A DNA stretch of 64,000 nt. Source: Candidatus Latescibacterota bacterium (GTDB taxonomy: Bacteria; Latescibacterota; UBA2968; UBA8231). The notes below the pieces were generated by a model. That model saw only the letters and a program-made list of their open reading frames with translations. It ran no database searches and was not told the DNA's origin. The stretch covers positions 224,001 to 288,000 of the forward strand of contig CBDAOB010000004.1 of the NCBI GenBank assembly GCA_965197905.1. The letters run 5' to 3'. Both the position numbers and the translations under genes were made by a program. Shown piece after piece: positions 48,187 to 58,835 of this stretch (the stretch's first letter is position 1; each line of letters starts with the position of its first letter).

Positions 48187-49200
48187 ATGTCTGCAGCATC
48201 GAAGCCATTTAGAGTTGCCCTAGTGGCCCTGGGCATTCCTCCACTCGAAGCGTGGCCGCTCGAGAGATTGTCCGACAACGGCATCGAGATGGTCCATGAG
48301 GAATGCGAGACGCCAGAACAGGTTCTGTCCGCTGCCGCCGATGCGCAGGTGATTTTCGTAGCCGGCGGCTCCCGCGTCGTCACCGCCGAGGTGCTTCAAC
48401 GTCTGGACAAGTGTATCGCCGTTCTGCGCAGCGGTGCGGGGACCGATAACCTACCGGTCGACGAGGCGACGAGACTGGGCATCGTCGTGGCACACACGCC
48501 GATGGCGCATGCCCACGCGGTGGCCGAGCACACCGTCGGTTTGCTCTTCGACACCGTGAGACGCATCGCCATCCAGGACCGGTTCGTGCGTCAGGGAAAG
48601 TGGGATCGAAAGCTCGCAAGCCCGGACTGGCATGTGTTCGGGCGAACGTTGGGACTGGTTGGATTCGGCAACATCGGCCAGCTGGTGGCCAAGAAACTGA
48701 GTGGTCTGGACCTGCGGATTGTCGTCTCCGACCCGGTGGTGGACGATGCGACCCTTGCCCGACACGGCGCAACACGAGCAAGTCTGGATGAGCTGCTCGA
48801 ATCCAGTGATTTCGTATCCCTGCACACCCCGTTAACCGACGGGACCTATCACTTGATCGGGGAGCGTGAGCTGAGATTGTGTAAACCCAGGGCCGTGCTG
48901 ATTAACACCTCTCGCGGGCCCGTAATCGACGAACCCGCCCTGGTAAGAGCGCTAACAGAGGGATGGCTTGCCGCCGCCGCGCTCGACGTCCTGGAGCAGG
49001 AGCCGACCCCGGCTGACAATCCGCTGCTGACACTGGACAACGTGGTGATCACCCCCCACATCGCCGGAGTTTCGGATGAATCAGTTGATTTGGTACGGTC
49101 GCATTCGGTCGATGCCCTCATCGCGCTTTCAAAGAAGCGCTGGCCACGCTGGTGCGCGAATCCCCAGGTCGAACCGCGCTGGCCCCTGGTGCGCGACTAA
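48187..49200 (+). CDS. D-isomer-specific 2-hydroxyacid dehydrogenase
   Basis: GLVGFGNIG, SLHTPL, INTSRGPVIDE, LDVLEQEP, TPHIAG. Confidence 0.93.
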   Translation: MSAASKPFRVALVALGIPPLEAWPLERLSDNGIEMVHEECETPEQVLSAAADAQVIFVAGGSRVVTAEVLQRLDKCIAVLRSGAGTDNLPVDEATRLGIVVAHTPMAHAHAVAEHTVGLLFDTVRRIAIQDRFVRQGKWDRKLASPDWHVFGRTLGLVGFGNIGQLVAKKLSGLDLRIVVSDPVVDDATLARHGATRASLDELLESSDFVSLHTPLTDGTYHLIGERELRLCKPRAVLINTSRGPVIDEPALVRALTEGWLAAAALDVLEQEPTPADNPLLTLDNVVITPHIAGVSDESVDLVRSHSVDALIALSKKRWPRWCANPQVEPRWPLVRD

Positions 49201-49213
49201 ACGATCCCACTAA

Positions 49214-50413
49214 TCAATCTCGGTGAAGTCCACCCTGGTGCAGATCCATCGCAAGACTGCGGAAGTTGCGGATGCGATGGATCGTACACAGGTCGGCGTC
49301 ATGCTGGTTTCCGGCGTTGTGGCTGGTGCGCGACAGCATGATGATGTCGTCGCCGACCACCACCGGGCTAGGGTACATGAAGCTGCGTTTGACGTTGGCG
49401 GGCCACCGCGCAACACAGCCGGCGGGGAACCAGTTCAGACAATCGATGCTGTAATACAAAAAGAGCCAGCGGCGCTCGTTGCCAGGCCCTCCCATGAACC
49501 CCGATTCGCGCATGCGCGAGCCCCATCCGAGTCGGTCGTGGGAGTTGGTTGCCAGGTTGGCGAACAACCAGTACATGGCGCTCGGCTGGTCGTGGATGAC
49601 GTAGAACTTGCACTGACCACCGGGCCATGACACGAACTGCTTGAACTCGAGCCGGTTTTCATCTGGGTCGTATTCCAGTGACCCGGCGATCCCGGTGCTC
49701 GAATAGTCGTCGATGGTGCAGCGGTTGAAGATGCGGATGCGCCCGTTCACTTCCACCGTGTTAGGCTCCACCCATCCAAACACACAGCTCGGGTCGCGAG
49801 AGATCTGAGGGCTCTGTCCCGGCGGGAAATGGCCGCCATTGAGAGAATCGGGTAGCTCCGGCCGTGGCACGAAGTTGGAATGACTCCAAGATCCGGGATC
49901 CAACGGCGAGCCGTTGCGGTCGTGTTTCACCATTACCATGCTGTTGCGACTGCGTTCGTTCAATTCCTCGTCGGTGTTGTAATCCATCGCCCAGTACAAA
50001 GCATCCGGGCGCACGACCATCGCCGTGGAGATGTTCCAGAAGGGTCCTTCCAGGACACACACCGGCTCGGTCCAGGTCTTCCCGCCGTCATCGCTGGAGA
50101 TGAGAAGGAAGTCACGGTGGCTGCTCGTCTGGACGTACATCAACAGCTGGCCGTCGAGCACAAAGGGGGTGGCTTCGGCGTAGGGAAGGGGCGATAGCTC
50201 CTCCCAGGTCTCGCCCTCGTCCGCACTGCGCAGCATCCACGTGGAGCGCTCGATCTCCGGTCGATTGCGACCCCACAGGGGAGCGGCGATGAGTAGACTG
50301 CCGTCGTCTAACCGGGCCATGTTCGGGTCGTGGAAGAAATACACTTCAGGGTCGGGAACCCGGGCTGCGACTACGTACTCCTGGCCAAGGGGTTCCACGT
50401 TAGGGTTTGACAT
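49214..50413 (-). CDS. BNR/Asp-box (sialidase-fold) protein
   Basis: SADEGETW, SDDGGKTW, SIDCLNW Asp-boxes. Confidence 0.8.
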   Translation of the reverse strand: MSNPNVEPLGQEYVVAARVPDPEVYFFHDPNMARLDDGSLLIAAPLWGRNRPEIERSTWMLRSADEGETWEELSPLPYAEATPFVLDGQLLMYVQTSSHRDFLLISSDDGGKTWTEPVCVLEGPFWNISTAMVVRPDALYWAMDYNTDEELNERSRNSMVMVKHDRNGSPLDPGSWSHSNFVPRPELPDSLNGGHFPPGQSPQISRDPSCVFGWVEPNTVEVNGRIRIFNRCTIDDYSSTGIAGSLEYDPDENRLEFKQFVSWPGGQCKFYVIHDQPSAMYWLFANLATNSHDRLGWGSRMRESGFMGGPGNERRWLFLYYSIDCLNWFPAGCVARWPANVKRSFMYPSPVVVGDDIIMLSRTSHNAGNQHDADLCTIHRIRNFRSLAMDLHQGGLHRD

Positions 50414-50561
50414 CGATTAGATCCTCGCTGAACGATCAAGTCCGTGTAGGTTTTGTGACCTGTGCCTGGGCCGCGCCCAGGCTTTTGTGTGCTTCCGATA
50501 ATTGGTAGAATATCCACCATATTCCTCGCATGTTCAACCGTGCTTCGCTTCAGGAGTTGCC

Positions 50562-51368
50562 ATGCTGACCAAAGATGAGATCGCCGGCTACCACGCCTTC
50601 GGCTACCTAGTGCTCAGAGGCTGTCTGACGCCCGAAGAGACGGCGGAGGTGGCGGCGGCGTACGAACGAGTGATGGTGGATGCGCCGCGATACGATTATT
50701 TCGACACCGGCGGCACCCGCAAGTTGAACGGTTCCGAAGAGAAGGATGCTGTGCTCGCCCGCTTCCTGGTGCATCCGAAGATAGTCGACGCGATGCGCGA
50801 TTTGTGGGGTGCGCCAGGCATCTTTCTCGGCTCCGACATATGGTCCAACATGGACGACACACCGTGGCACACCGACGGCATGCCGGGTAGAGTACGAGGC
50901 ACCATAAAGGTGACCACCTACCTGGATGAAATGACACCGGAGCAAGGCTCGCTCAATCTCCTACCAGGCACTCATCTTCCCCCCTGTAGCGACAACCTGT
51001 TCAAGAACTTCGGCTACTTCGACCGCAGCCGGCCGCGACTGCGCATTCCGCCCGACCAGGTCCCCGGCGTCTTTTCAATGCACACCAGACCGGGCGACGT
51101 GGCCATTTGGGACACACGGTTGTGGCACTCGGCGTTCAGGCGTAAGGATGGGAAGGCGCGGCGGGCGCTGTTCTTCGGTTTCGTACCCGATCTGAAGGAG
51201 GACGTATTCCAGGAGGAGTTTGTCAGGGATTGTGTCAAGAGCCACCGGAAGGAGGGGGAGCCGGTCTATGGTCCCAATCTCATGGGATGTGGCGCGTCGC
51301 AGATTCACCGTATGGCGGAGCGACTTGAGGAACTGGGAATCGACAAGGTGAGACCACCCACCGTCTGA
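50562..51368 (+). CDS. Phytanoyl-CoA dioxygenase (PhyH) family Fe(II)/2OG oxygenase
   Basis: GYLVLRG, WHTD (HxD), LPGTH, PGDV...LWHS. Confidence 0.9.
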   Translation: MLTKDEIAGYHAFGYLVLRGCLTPEETAEVAAAYERVMVDAPRYDYFDTGGTRKLNGSEEKDAVLARFLVHPKIVDAMRDLWGAPGIFLGSDIWSNMDDTPWHTDGMPGRVRGTIKVTTYLDEMTPEQGSLNLLPGTHLPPCSDNLFKNFGYFDRSRPRLRIPPDQVPGVFSMHTRPGDVAIWDTRLWHSAFRRKDGKARRALFFGFVPDLKEDVFQEEFVRDCVKSHRKEGEPVYGPNLMGCGASQIHRMAERLEELGIDKVRPPTV

Positions 51369-51389
51369 CGATCGACCACCACCGCAATC

Positions 51390-52244
51390 ATGGGAAGATC
51401 TGAACAGAAACCACTACGCCAAGAAGATCTCGTCGAGGATCTGGTCCGGCTGGGAGTGCCTCCGGGTGGGCTGATGATGGTGCACAGCTCGCTGCGCAGC
51501 ATCGGTCAGGTTGACGGAGGCGCCGACACAGTGGTAAACGCGCTGCTGCAGTCGTTGGGGCCCGACGGGACCCTTGTCGTACCCACCTTCAGCGATGAGA
51601 TCGCCGCCCGCTACAACGGATTCGTTTTCGATGTGGCCAACACCCCCTCTTATGTGGGCGCCATCACGGAGGCGGCTAGAACGCGGCCCGAGGCTCGTCG
51701 CAGTCATCATCCCTGGCACAGCGTCGCTGCCCTTGGTCCGCTCTCGGAGACATTGATTTCTGCAGAGTGCGATTCCGCATGGCGACCGGGCAGTCCCATG
51801 TCACAGGTTGTGGATCGGGGCGGCCTGATCCTGCTTCTGGGCGTACCCTATCAGCGGCTTACGTTGGCCCACTGGTGCGAGTTTCACGTCAAAGTGCCGT
51901 ACCGACCAGAAATGATGATTCAGGTGCCTATACGAAAGCCCGGTGGATCAATCGTCACCATCAGCGACTACGAATGTCCTCCCGATCCCGGAACCCCGGA
52001 CAGGGATTACAACCGACTAGGCATGGCGATGGAAGACACTGGCCTAGTGAAGACAGGTGCGGTGGGCAATGCAGTGGGGCGCCTATTTTACGGTCGCGAC
52101 GCCAGAGATACCGCAGTGGAGCTGTATCGCAGCGATAAGCAGGCGTTCCTCCTGCAAGGCGATGAATACATCGCGCTAACCGAAGGACATACGATTGAGA
52201 CCTCTAAAGGCACCTTCTGCGTCTATGATCCCGCGTTGATTTAG
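51390..52244 (+). CDS. AAC(3)-family N-acetyltransferase
   Basis: MVHSSLRSIG, GTLVVPTF, RSHHPWHSVAALG, ILLLGV, TLAHWCE. Confidence 0.88.
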   Translation: MGRSEQKPLRQEDLVEDLVRLGVPPGGLMMVHSSLRSIGQVDGGADTVVNALLQSLGPDGTLVVPTFSDEIAARYNGFVFDVANTPSYVGAITEAARTRPEARRSHHPWHSVAALGPLSETLISAECDSAWRPGSPMSQVVDRGGLILLLGVPYQRLTLAHWCEFHVKVPYRPEMMIQVPIRKPGGSIVTISDYECPPDPGTPDRDYNRLGMAMEDTGLVKTGAVGNAVGRLFYGRDARDTAVELYRSDKQAFLLQGDEYIALTEGHTIETSKGTFCVYDPALI

Positions 52245-52281
52245 AGGGTTTCGAATGCCGGCGTTCGTAGCGGCGGCGCTC

Positions 52282-53262
52282 TTAACGGACGTCAGCCAGA
52301 ATTTCTAGAGATCGCAAGCAGGCTGAGGGTTCGAAGATGCGCGCCGTGGCGATCAGTTCGTCGGCTTCGGTAGCGGCAATAAGTGCTTCGACACCTGTTT
52401 TCACCGTCTCCGCAGAACCGACGAAGGAATAGGTCATCTTGTGTTCGATCGCAGGTTTTTCCACCGCATTCCAGTAGGTGTCCATATCGTCGATGGGGGG
52501 ACCGAGCTGGCCTCGACGTCCGCGAATCATATCTACCGATTGCATCTGTTGCGAAGTAAACAGATGTTCGGCTTCCGCATCGCTGTCGGCGGTGACCACG
52601 TTGATTCCGACCATGGCGTACGGCCGATTGAGCTGCTCCGAGGCACGAAATCCGTTGCGATAGGCGTTGAGCGCGTCCATCAGCAGGTCAGGGGCGAAGT
52701 GGGAGGCGAAGGCGTACGGCAGGCCGAGATGGGCGGCCAGCTGGGCGCTGAAGAGACTGGATCCCAGCAGCCAGATCGGCACCTGTAATCCTGACCCCGG
52801 CACCGCCCGTACCATGCGTTCCGGATCGGCCGGCTGGAAATACGACTGCAGCTCGAGGACGTCGTGGGGGAACCGTTGGTCCGAGCCGAGGTTTTCTCGC
52901 CTCAAGGCGCGCGCGGTCAGCTGATCGGTGCCGGGCGCGCGGCCCAATCCGAGATCGATACGCCCGGGGTAAATCGACTCGAGGGTGCCGAACTGCTCGG
53001 CGATTACGAGAGGGGCGTGATTGGGCAGCATGATCCCTCCCGAACCGACACGGATCGTCGAGGTCGCTTCCGCTACGTGCCCGATGAGCACGCTGGTTGC
53101 GGCGCTGCCTATGCCGCCCATGTTGTGGTGTTCGGCGAGCCAGTAGCGGTGATAACCCAACTGTTCGGCATGCTGCGCCTGCTCGCGCATGTTCTCGAAG
53201 GCCGCCGCCGCGTTGCTCCCCAACCTGATGGGGGCCAGATCGAGGATTGAGAACGGGATCAT
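52282..53262 (-). CDS. Luciferase-like (LLM) flavin-dependent oxidoreductase
   Basis: [42 protein letters not shown]. Confidence 0.93.
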   Translation of the reverse strand: MIPFSILDLAPIRLGSNAAAAFENMREQAQHAEQLGYHRYWLAEHHNMGGIGSAATSVLIGHVAEATSTIRVGSGGIMLPNHAPLVIAEQFGTLESIYPGRIDLGLGRAPGTDQLTARALRRENLGSDQRFPHDVLELQSYFQPADPERMVRAVPGSGLQVPIWLLGSSLFSAQLAAHLGLPYAFASHFAPDLLMDALNAYRNGFRASEQLNRPYAMVGINVVTADSDAEAEHLFTSQQMQSVDMIRGRRGQLGPPIDDMDTYWNAVEKPAIEHKMTYSFVGSAETVKTGVEALIAATEADELIATARIFEPSACLRSLEILADVR

Positions 53263-53277
53263 GACACGCTTGCGATC

Positions 53278-54792
53278 CTAACCCACGTAGGCCGCATACA
53301 GCTTTGCGTCTTCGGGCCGGAGGCCTTCCCAAATCACCTTGAGTCGGACGCGGCTTCTCATTTCACCCAGCGAGTTCTGCCCCTTCCAGGTCACACGCTG
53401 CCGGAAGCCGGATTCGGTAACAGCGACGCAGTCGTCACCGGACAGGCCAGCGATCGGCTCGAACTCGCGGGTCAGGACCTCGACGCGCAGATAACTGTTC
53501 TCCGAAAGTCCGGAGGCATTGAGGTAGACGCCGGCATCGTTGCCTTCGGTATCCATCGGGCAAGAGATGAAATGGGAAGGTTCTACGATAGACCCAAAGT
53601 CCTCGCTGGAATCGAAATGTCTCAGCTGGACCGAGGATGGATCGGGTGAAAAATGGGCCAAGCGGTCTTTGGGCCAGGTAGCGACACGAACGGCGTTTTC
53701 GGTTGCGGAGGATTCGCGCCACGCTCCATACCAGAAGATGCTGCGGTCGCCGATGTTCTCGAATCCCTGTCCCTGCAGCAGGCGTGGGGATGCCCCGTCG
53801 GGCTCCTCGTAGGCGGGTACCATCTTGAAATCCGGCACCGGCTCCTTGAAGTGCATGGCGTCGTTGCTGACCACCAGACCCAGATCGCAAGTACTAAATC
53901 TCCGGTCGTTGCTCTCGTTGTGGTACTGGCCGTAGATGCCGATGAGCACATTGCCCCTATTCCACAGGGTCGCCCCCACGTGCACCTGCTCTCCCCGGTG
54001 CAGCTCGAAATCGGTGGGCGGCCGCGGTGGGATGTTATCCCGGCGGAAGCTGAGCAGGGCCGCTTGCGGCCAATGCTCGAAGTCGTATGACGCAAAGGTG
54101 ACCATGGTGCGCTTGCGAGCGCCTTTGATGGGATGGGGGACAACGGATCCCTGGCCGTTCATGTAATAGCAGTTCCCGTAGCGCACGAGACCGCCGTGCT
54201 CGAGCCGGGAGCCGCGAATGATCGGGTTGTGCGGTGAGTCCACCCAACGCAGCCCGTCCTCCGAGAAGGCCGCAGACACTGCAGCGGAACTGCCGGCGTA
54301 GACCATCTTGTAGCGCCGCTTCGGGTCCGGATCGTCTGGCTCGTAGAGCACGGCGAGGTGCTCGGCTGGAATCATCTTGGCATCGCCGTCGCCAACCAGC
54401 CCCACCAGGTTGTTGTTCTTGTTGCCACCGTACTCCAGGATGCCCAGCTTCGGTTTGTCCCACTCAATCCCGTCCTTGGAGGCCGCGTAACATACGCGCC
54501 GAATGTTGTCGGTGCCGGCGCCGCCGTACCACATGCAGTATTCACCATCAACCGCCAGAACACTTCCGTAGTAGACGACCTCGGTAGAATCGGCATCATC
54601 CGGACCACCCTGAACAACCACCGGTTTCCCCGGGTGCTCGGGATCGAAACCATGGCCGGTTTCGTAGGGAGTCTTGCGGGCTGGTGTCAGCTCCATAAGC
54701 AGGTTCTTGTTGAGGGGAATGGAGTAGTCATCGAAGGGGAACAGCACAGCTTCAGCGATAGACTGAACGGGGCCTCCATTTTGAACGATCAT
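53278..54792 (-). CDS. Glycoside-hydrolase-like beta-propeller protein
   Basis: CYAASKDGIEWDKPKLG, DPKRRYKM, SEDGLRW; probable start MIVQNG with GAGG RBS. Confidence 0.7.
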   Translation of the reverse strand: MIVQNGGPVQSIAEAVLFPFDDYSIPLNKNLLMELTPARKTPYETGHGFDPEHPGKPVVVQGGPDDADSTEVVYYGSVLAVDGEYCMWYGGAGTDNIRRVCYAASKDGIEWDKPKLGILEYGGNKNNNLVGLVGDGDAKMIPAEHLAVLYEPDDPDPKRRYKMVYAGSSAAVSAAFSEDGLRWVDSPHNPIIRGSRLEHGGLVRYGNCYYMNGQGSVVPHPIKGARKRTMVTFASYDFEHWPQAALLSFRRDNIPPRPPTDFELHRGEQVHVGATLWNRGNVLIGIYGQYHNESNDRRFSTCDLGLVVSNDAMHFKEPVPDFKMVPAYEEPDGASPRLLQGQGFENIGDRSIFWYGAWRESSATENAVRVATWPKDRLAHFSPDPSSVQLRHFDSSEDFGSIVEPSHFISCPMDTEGNDAGVYLNASGLSENSYLRVEVLTREFEPIAGLSGDDCVAVTESGFRQRVTWKGQNSLGEMRSRVRLKVIWEGLRPEDAKLYAAYVG

Positions 54793-55003
54793 CCGCGGTT
54801 CCTCACGATTGTACCGGTTTCCAGATAGGTGGCGAATGAATGTCCTCAAAAGGCCGGGCCGCATCAAACGCACGCATGCCCCAACATGGAATATGGGCGG
54901 AGGAAAGCTTAGATTCGGCGCCTGATCCAATCGGACCAAAGAGTGTGAAGGGCAGGGCGGGGTGAGATCGGCCGACCTTCAATCTATTGCAAGGAGTTTC
55001 GAC

Positions 55004-56053
55004 ATGGCAGAAGACCAGCTGTTCATCGTAAGCACCCTGACAGATACAGACGGCATCTTCGTCTATCGCATAACCGATGAGGACGGGCATCTCGAGCTGG
55101 TTCGGCAATACACGGAGATCAGCAACCCGTTCTTTATCCATCTCCACCCGAATGGCCGCGTGCTGTACAGCATTTCAGATCCGGACAAGGAACAGATGGT
55201 CGAAGCGCTTTCCCTGGATAGGTCGACCGGCGAGCTGACGCCGATAAACAAACAGCCGACCAAGGGAGGGTACCCTTGTTATGTGGCCGTCGATCCCAGC
55301 GGGCGCATGGTGGTGGCTGCCAACTACCAGGGAGGCAGCGTCATCTCCTATCCGCTTGAGAAAGACGGCGCCCTAGGCCCGGCGGGATCCTTCGTGCAAC
55401 ATGTGGGCCACAGCGTCGAGCCACGCCGCCAGATAGAACCCCACGCCCACTGTTTCAAGGTGGCGGCGGACGGGCGGTTTGCTTTTGCCGCCGACCTCGG
55501 CATGGACAAGGTCATGATATACGCCCTCGATCCCGAATCCGGCAGCCTGAGTCCTGGAGAACAGCGTTTCGCTCGCGTTCAGCCCGGGGGCGGCCCGCGG
55601 CATTTCACCTTTTCACCTGACAACCGTTACGGTTATGTCATCAACGAGATGGGCAACACGATTACCGCGTTTGTCTACGACCGGGAACGTGGGATGTTGC
55701 TGGAGAGGGATTCGGTGCCGACCTTGCCGGCCGATTTCGATGGCCACAGTGCTACGGCCGATCTGGCGTTCACCCCCGACGGACGCTTCCTCTACGGCAC
55801 CAATCGCGGCCATGAAAGCCTTGCCATGTTCACGGTGGATATTGAGAGCGGTAACCTGACCCCCAACGGCATCGAACCCAGCCGCGGCGAGATGCCCCAG
55901 AATATTACCATCACTCCCGACGGCAAGCTGCTATTCATCGCCAATACCAATGGCAACAGGATGGTCGCCTTCCACATCGACCAGTCGTCTGGGAAGCTCA
56001 ATTTCAGTTGTGAACTCGAGATGCCGGCGCCGGTGTGCGGCGTGCTCGGATAG
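55004..56053 (+). CDS. Lactonase (6-phosphogluconolactonase/Pgl family)
   Basis: ANYQGG, PHAH, ADLGMD, GGGPRH, TNRGHES. Confidence 0.9.
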   Translation: MAEDQLFIVSTLTDTDGIFVYRITDEDGHLELVRQYTEISNPFFIHLHPNGRVLYSISDPDKEQMVEALSLDRSTGELTPINKQPTKGGYPCYVAVDPSGRMVVAANYQGGSVISYPLEKDGALGPAGSFVQHVGHSVEPRRQIEPHAHCFKVAADGRFAFAADLGMDKVMIYALDPESGSLSPGEQRFARVQPGGGPRHFTFSPDNRYGYVINEMGNTITAFVYDRERGMLLERDSVPTLPADFDGHSATADLAFTPDGRFLYGTNRGHESLAMFTVDIESGNLTPNGIEPSRGEMPQNITITPDGKLLFIANTNGNRMVAFHIDQSSGKLNFSCELEMPAPVCGVLG

Positions 56054-56087
56054 CAAGGACGGACAGCGGTTACAGAGGAGCCAGAGA

Positions 56088-57716
56088 ATGGATCAAGCAA
56101 GACACGACGCCCGCTGGCGCCAACGACGAATCATCTACAATAACGACGGCGACGATGCCCTCTATGCCCGGGACGGCGCTGAACACGAACACGACGTCGC
56201 CGAGGCGCTGACCGTGCGCACCGCCGGTGAGCTGGTGGACGATTTTCTCGACGCCCGCAGCAACCCGTTGATCGGATCGCAGGTAGACAGTAACTGGTAT
56301 GCCAGCTGCATGGCCGGTCTGACTTTTTCACACAACACGAAACTGGGCGGTTTCTATGGCAAGGAGCTGCCGCTGGAGCTGGTGGAGAAGTACGGTCGGG
56401 ACGCCCTTCAGGTGCAGCTGGATTTCAGCCGCGAGAACGGCATGGAAGCGGTGTGGGCCCTGCGCATGAACGACGCCCACGATGCCTATCCCATGGGCTC
56501 GCGCCGCTGGACCTACGGCCTGGCCCCGTTCAAGGCGGAACATCCCGAATGCATGCTGGGAGAAGACGGGGACTGGGAGAAATTCGCCGGCGATGGAAAG
56601 AAGTCGCCGTGGACCGTGCTCGATTTCTCCCTACCGATCGTGCGTGACCACATCTTCTCCATCATCCAGGAGGTGGCCCAGAACTACGACGTGGACGCCA
56701 TTGGCATGGAATTCTTCAAGTACGACCCATTCTTCCACGAGTCACGCGAGGGCGAACCGGTTACGCCGGAACACGTCGAGATCATGACCGATCTGTTGCG
56801 GCGGATCCGCAAGATGGCCGATGAAGAGGGCGACAAGCGCGGCCGACCCATTCTGCTGGCGGCTCACACCCCCCCAGACCTGGCGTATTCACGGTCTATC
56901 GGTCTCGATCTGGAAACCTGGCTCGCCGAACAGCTGATCGACCAGCTGATTCCGGGAGGATTGAGCGAGTCGGTCTATTGTGATTCGCACAAGGGTATGA
57001 TCGAGCTAGGACATCGCCACGATGTTCCGGTTTACCCCTGCCTGGGGTGGGGATTCTGGACCCGTTGGGCGTATCTCGACCTGTCCAAGGGCAAGCACCG
57101 AACCGCCGCCTCGTACCTGGAAAACCTGTATGGCGGGCAACTCGATCGCCTGGGCAAACCGTCTTACATCCTGACCTACAACGGTTGGAAGCACACCCTG
57201 GCCGCCTGGCGCGGAGCCGCAATGAACGTCCTCAACGACGGCGCCGACGGCCTTTACATCTTCAACCCTGCTTTGGGCGAGCCGGCATGGTGGCAGGATA
57301 TCGGCGAGATCGCCACCATGCAGGGTAAAGACAAGCTATTCGGAATGGATCGTTTTTCGAGCGAGAGCGGAAATGTGGATCAGGTGGAGCTGCAGCCGGG
57401 CGAGAAGGTGCCGTTGAGTTTCCTGATCGGCGAAGACACCTCTTCGGGTAACGCCCGGCTTCGCTTTCGAGCCCACCTTTGGGATCTGAGCGGCGACGAT
57501 GAGGTCGTCGTGCAACTGAACGGAAAGCCGCTGTCCGGGTTGGAGGTCAACGACGCCTTCGCCTCACCGGAAGAGGGCCAATGGCTGGAATGCGACCTCA
57601 CCGCCGATCAGGTAGCTCGCGGGACGAACTCGGTGGAGCTGCTATTGAACAAGCGAGCTGAGTCGGAACGGTCGCCTCTGTTGCTGAATACCATTCAGCT
57701 GGCGGTCCGGTACTAG
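56088..57716 (+). CDS. GHL10-like TIM-barrel hypothetical hydrolase
   Basis: RRIIYNNDG, LRMNDAH, LDFSLPIVRD, YDVDAIGMEF, GADGLYIFN. Confidence 0.7.
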   Translation: MDQARHDARWRQRRIIYNNDGDDALYARDGAEHEHDVAEALTVRTAGELVDDFLDARSNPLIGSQVDSNWYASCMAGLTFSHNTKLGGFYGKELPLELVEKYGRDALQVQLDFSRENGMEAVWALRMNDAHDAYPMGSRRWTYGLAPFKAEHPECMLGEDGDWEKFAGDGKKSPWTVLDFSLPIVRDHIFSIIQEVAQNYDVDAIGMEFFKYDPFFHESREGEPVTPEHVEIMTDLLRRIRKMADEEGDKRGRPILLAAHTPPDLAYSRSIGLDLETWLAEQLIDQLIPGGLSESVYCDSHKGMIELGHRHDVPVYPCLGWGFWTRWAYLDLSKGKHRTAASYLENLYGGQLDRLGKPSYILTYNGWKHTLAAWRGAAMNVLNDGADGLYIFNPALGEPAWWQDIGEIATMQGKDKLFGMDRFSSESGNVDQVELQPGEKVPLSFLIGEDTSSGNARLRFRAHLWDLSGDDEVVVQLNGKPLSGLEVNDAFASPEEGQWLECDLTADQVARGTNSVELLLNKRAESERSPLLLNTIQLAVRY

Positions 57717-57737
57717 GTAAAACCGAGAGAAAGCCAG

Positions 57738-58835
57738 CTATAGTTTCAGGCGCACCCACCGGGTGTGCGTGATTCCCTCCGACGTGCACCAGAAGTAGGT
57801 GAGCAGGTCACCGTCCGGAAGTTGCAGCCCCCCCGGCTTTCCGAACGCGATCTGGAAGTGCTCGGCGTGGAAGCTGTCGGCGGCAGGCGGCCCCATCGTT
57901 GCTTCAGCACCGGCATCAAAAACCACCACCTCGTTCTCGACGTCGAAATGCTCCATGTTTTCACTAACTGCGACGTGTATACCTTGTGGTTCATGGCGAA
58001 AATTGTAGACCGCCGCTACCCGGCCATCTGACAGGGCGATTGGGGCGCAGACCTGGCCGCGCAGGTTGGTCGGTTTCGGAGCCGACCAGGTGCGGCCCTC
58101 GTCGGACGAGACGGTCCAGTGGTTGTTCAGGTCTTCGGAGGTGCCATCCACATGGGTCCACAGCAGGATAAAGACCCGACCGTCGGGAAGGACGGCTCCC
58201 AGCTGATCGTAATACATCCGCTTATTCTCCGGATCGTCGGCCGTCGATGTCAGCTCACCCCAGGTTTGTCCTCCGTCGGCGGAGAATACGGCAGCTGATT
58301 TCTGATCGAGCGGAGCGGTGGAGCCCTCCGGTTTCCAGGTCTCGAGGGTGTAGATCCAGCGGTTCGGGTTCACCTGCAGCACCGGGCCGGTACCGTTCCA
58401 GCTGTATCTCTCGGGCGGCAGTTCGACGGGAACGATCTGGGGTTCGGACCAGGTCTGACCCCGGTCTTGAGACCAGATCAACAGCATCTCCGATCGCGAC
58501 AGCGTCTCCGACTCCAGGTCGAAGAGTGCGCCCGTATTCTGCGGGTAACGGTCGGCGGAGATGAGAAGGCGGCCATCAGGCACTGCGACGATTTTGGGTG
58601 CGCGGTAGGTATAATGCTGATCCGGACCTTCGCCTCCGTGAATGCTGCCGCGGTTCTCCCAGGTTGCTCCCTCGTCGCGAGAAACCAGGAATTCGATGTG
58701 GTTATCGGATGAGCCCAGGCTTTCACCCACGTGCTGGGCGGCGACCCAGGTGCCGTCCGGCAATGGGGCGATGGTCGGCATGTAGGCTCCCAGACCTTGC
58801 CGCCGGGATATAATACCTTTATCAACGATTCTCAA
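57738..58835 (-). CDS. BNR/Asp-box sialidase-family protein
   Basis: SRDEGATW, SQDRGQTW, SADGGQTW, SSDEGRTW; probable TTG start overlapping the upstream stop. Confidence 0.82.
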   Translation of the reverse strand: MRIVDKGIISRRQGLGAYMPTIAPLPDGTWVAAQHVGESLGSSDNHIEFLVSRDEGATWENRGSIHGGEGPDQHYTYRAPKIVAVPDGRLLISADRYPQNTGALFDLESETLSRSEMLLIWSQDRGQTWSEPQIVPVELPPERYSWNGTGPVLQVNPNRWIYTLETWKPEGSTAPLDQKSAAVFSADGGQTWGELTSTADDPENKRMYYDQLGAVLPDGRVFILLWTHVDGTSEDLNNHWTVSSDEGRTWSAPKPTNLRGQVCAPIALSDGRVAAVYNFRHEPQGIHVAVSENMEHFDVENEVVVFDAGAEATMGPPAADSFHAEHFQIAFGKPGGLQLPDGDLLTYFWCTSEGITHTRWVRLKL

